DNA of 63,804 nucleotides, the filler included, from Collodictyon triciliatum (lineage: Eukaryota): the NCBI GenBank assembly GCA_043381765.1. It is 6 parts of 6 records of this genome, joined end to end, with 100 filler letters (N's around TTAATTAATTAA, not from the genome) between each part and the next. Parts side by side here need not be neighbours in the genome. Positions count along the whole stretch, not along the records: positions 53,234 to 63,804 come from JBHJMP010002642.1; 5 more parts are not named here. One strand, 5' to 3'. How positions within the stretch are numbered: the first letter of the stretch is position 1; each line of letters begins with the position of its first letter. The notes under the pieces were generated by a model. That model was not told the origin of the DNA, searched no databases, and worked only from the letters and a program-made list of their open reading frames with translations. The translations under genes and the position numbers were made by a program. Below, in pieces: positions 60,551 to 63,804 of this stretch.

Positions 60551-61689
60551 NNNNNNNNNNNNNNNNNNNNNNNNNNNNNNNNNNNNNNNNNNNNNNNNNN
60601 NNNNNNNNNNNNNNNNNNNNNNNNNNNNNNNNNNNNNNNNNNNNNNNNNNNNNNNNNNNNNNNNNNNNNNNNNNNNNNNNNNNNNNNNNNNNNNNNNNNN
60701 NNNNNNNNNNNNNNNNNNNNNNNNNNNNNNNNNNNNNNNNNNNNNNNNNNNNNNNNNNNNNNNNNNNNNNNNNNNNNNNNNNNNNNNNNNNNNNNNNNNN
60801 NNNNNNNNNNNNNNNNNNNNNNNNNNNNNNNNNNNNNNNNNNNNNNNNNNNNNNNNNNNNNNNNNNNNNNNNNNNNNNNNNNNNNNNNNNNNNNNNNNNN
60901 NNNNNNNNNNNNNNNNNNNNNNNNNNNNNNNNNNNNNNNNNNNNNNNNNNNNNNNNNNNNNNNNNNNNNNNNNNNNNNNNNNNNNNNNNNNNNNNNNNNN
61001 NNNNNNNNNNNNNNNNNNNNNNNNNNNNNNNNNNNNNNNNNNNNNNNNNNNNNNNNNNNNNNNNNNNNNNNNNNNNNNNNNNNNNNNNNNNNNNNNNNNN
61101 NNNNNNNNNNNNNNNNNNNNNNNNNNNNNNNNNNNNNNNNNNNNNNNNNNNNNNNNNNNNNNNNNNNNNNNNNNNNNNNNNNNNNNNNNNNNNNNNNNNN
61201 NNNNNNNNNNNNNNNNNNNNNNNNNNNNNNNNNNTATGGATCGCTTCACCAGTTTGCGTTCGATTTTATTTTTTTAAGTTGAAGGTTGTTTTTAGAATTT
61301 AACTATTGAGACGACAGACTTTAAAACTACTCGATTCTTTTTGAGAAAACTACAAGGGTTTCATTACTTGATTTTATTTCTTAAGTCACCTGAGGGTCGA
61401 AGCAAAGACATCGGTGAATTCTTTTGTACACAAAAATCCTTTAGTTTATTTGTATATGATGTCCTTTTGAATGGATATCATGTTGGCATAAACTACCAGT
61501 TTGTGTGCATGCACGAATAAAATTCAGCAAAGCCGTGGAAAAAAAAAGTTGGCACCAGCAAAGGTTGTGAATAGTTGAATTTAATTACAGAGACAGAGTC
61601 CACCAATCGAACAATTGTGGCTAACATATCGTAATCAAAAAGTGTGATTGAGAACGAACTCTTCAAAGACGAAGACTGCTTTGTCTGCC

Positions 61690-62200
61690 TTTGGGGCAGC
61701 TATGGTCTGTTCTATCTTTCGCAAACTGTAGTAGTATGTGCATGCAACTGCGAGCTGTGATGAAAGCCCGAAAGTGCTACGAAATGAACACGCCACTTCT
61801 ATTGGACAACCCTGCCCTCGGACTCCGAATATCTTTCCCAATAAATGAAAACGCCGCTGCCTTCATTATGGGTGATTCCTTTCATCTCCTCAATCACCAA
61901 CACACACACCCATGCCAGCCAAAACGGTCATAAAGGTCGCGCACCTGTCTAACATACCGCTGGGGGTCACCTGACCGATATTTCCGAAGCTTGAAGCAAC
62001 CACTTCAACCCAATCAAAGTCAACCGGACAAAGCCTGGAGGAATATGCATGAATGATTCATTCGCTAGATTTGGCGAAGAACTGAGAAAATGAGAAAATA
62101 CCTACCGTTGTCGTCATTCATGAGAGAAGCAGTCGTGTGGAGATACGCTCCCTCTAAGAGTCCGATATTCCATCGACTCTCCTCAACAAAGAAGGAAATG
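61690..62200 (+). pseudogene. Decayed RRM-type ORF1 of a non-LTR retrotransposon (tentative)
   Basis: Frameshifted mosaic LRISFPINENAAAF..VIKVAHLSNIPLG/TDISEA*SNHFNPIKV..GICMNDSFARF/EKIPTVVVIHERSSRVE; intronless; several stops. Confidence 0.45.
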
Positions 62201-63209
62201 GCACACAAGGCCAGTCCACCCAAAAAAAAAAAAATAACTACCACCAAGTCGACCACTACCAGACAAGCGACCATCAACAAACAAAATGTCATCACACGCC
62301 TTGGGCTCCAACACAAAAGAAGCTGACTTTAGCGCTGAAGCCTGGCCAAGTGTTCGGGAATCGTATGTGCCAACCCAGTCTAGAACCCAACAAAATAGCC
62401 AAAGGCACAGCGATTCACTTTTCCAAAGCTAGAGGGTAATCTCGCGACAAACCCTCCAATGATGAAGTACTCGAAGTCTATCAGGGCAAAGGTTTATGAA
62501 CGGCCTCATAATCAAGAAATGGATATCAAAAAAAATGGACGAGTCACCAGATGATATGTCTGAAAGTGCTTCTTCAAGTTCGCCCAATGAGCACGGAGGA
62601 GGCAGTATCAGTAATGGATTCGCTTTTTCGAAGAAGCGGAGGAAACATCGCCAGCACCCATGATTACCAATTTTCTCAAGCCGATGGCATCTCACCAAAA
62701 CCACCTTCGGAATATGGAGAGGATATTTAGGAAAGCGAAGACCAAGCCAACTCGGCAACAGAATCGGGAGACAGTGTAGCAGCACCCAGTAAACTACATC
62801 TACAAGCAATATTAGATATCATAGCTCCTAAAACCACCCAAGAGACTCCTTCAGCAATCACCGTGCAATCAATGACAAGCGATATCCCAGAAACCGGATT
62901 GCAAGAAGAACAGTCTGCTCAATCTGTCACCCTCCTAGAAGGCTCTGCTGAAGAAGAAAGGGAGCAGCTCAAAGCCTCGGGAACGACAAAGGGCTCTCTA
63001 AGCACTGCTTATTAGAACACTTCGACCATTGAAATAGATTCGACTCCTAGCTGGGAAACCACTTCCGATGCAAGAAAAAGAAAAGTACGCGGGGCTGAAA
63101 CACTTGCTACTCAAACAATCGGCACAGGCGCTCCGCAAGAGAATGGAACAGATAAAGCCTTGCCCGAGGATAAAGGAGTATGTTAATCGAACGTGCCACT
63201 AAGTATACC

Positions 63210-63325
63210 GAAAAACACAAAATAAACACAAAATAAACACAAAATAAACACAAAATAAACACAAAATAAACACAAAATAAAAACAAAATAAAAACAAAAT
63301 AAAAATAAAACAAAACAAAACAAAA
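63210..63325. repeat. (AAAATAAACAC)n tandem repeat
   Basis: Directly visible. Confidence 0.9.
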
Positions 63326-63804
63326 GTGAAAGCATAAGTTGCCGAGCCTATGAAATATATAACAAGGGAGAATAAGTAGAGTCCATGATTACTAGTGACC
63401 GACAGAGTGCATCTCCCAACACACCAGTTATAAAGAGGTAGCAGCTCAAAGCCCAAAGCCATCAAACAAATTCTTGCCGAACCACGAGCAATAATGGCAT
63501 CGGCCAAATGAAAGATAACTCGAGTAATCCATCCCACTCTGAGAAATCCAGCTCCAGCGGAGAGAGCCAACAACTGGAAGCTAAGGCCTCCAAAAACCAA
63601 TAGACTATTCATGCGTTTTAGCGTTCTGTCGTGGGGCTTTAGGAGATTACGACCCCCAAAAAAAGAAAAAAAAAAGAGCCTAAATACAGCTCTTTTCACT
63701 CGTGCAGATACCATCTGCTTCCAAAAAAAAAAAAAAAAAAAAACAAAACCACAAAAAAAAAAAAAAAAAAAAAAAAACCCAACAATAAACACAAACAAAA
63801 AAAC

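Noticed and set aside
63199-63798. 199-aa hydrophobic minus-strand ORF
   Set aside because: Both ends derive from simple repeats and the core has no recognisable family

Overview
This is eukaryotic DNA from an intron-dense, microsatellite-rich unicellular organism (probably a flagellated protist) using the standard code. The window is not contiguous. Six scaffolds of about 10.5 kb are joined by an artificial 100-nt spacer (N44-TTAATTAATTAA-N44), so adjacency across spacers means nothing. Splicing by hand gives the following genes. Scaffold 1: C1orf109-like 5' fragment, calmodulin-like EF-hand protein with an extra C-terminal module, TBC1D12/14-like RabGAP, cytosolic LRR-kinase. Scaffold 2: USP-like 3' fragment, epoxide hydrolase, coiled-coil cilia-type protein, 5'-truncated LINE, myristoylated ankyrin protein, HIR/SPFH 3' fragment. 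Scaffold 3: CNBD K+ channel and eIF2A. Scaffold 4: WDR11. Scaffold 5: TOPBP1, a GC-rich classical tyrosine phosphatase, EML 3' fragment. Scaffold 6: PIP-box 3' fragment, an LRR/Cys-rich/multi-TM receptor, and a decayed LINE ORF1. The best candidate for a new system is the receptor's array of six consecutive, symmetric 69-nt exons, each encoding exactly one LRR, which could serve as a modular receptor-diversification cassette. Also notable are a 7-nt microexon carrying the catalytic Gln of the RabGAP and relaxed splice signals (frequent AAG or A-tract acceptors, GC donors). All gene models were read by eye; no searches were run.
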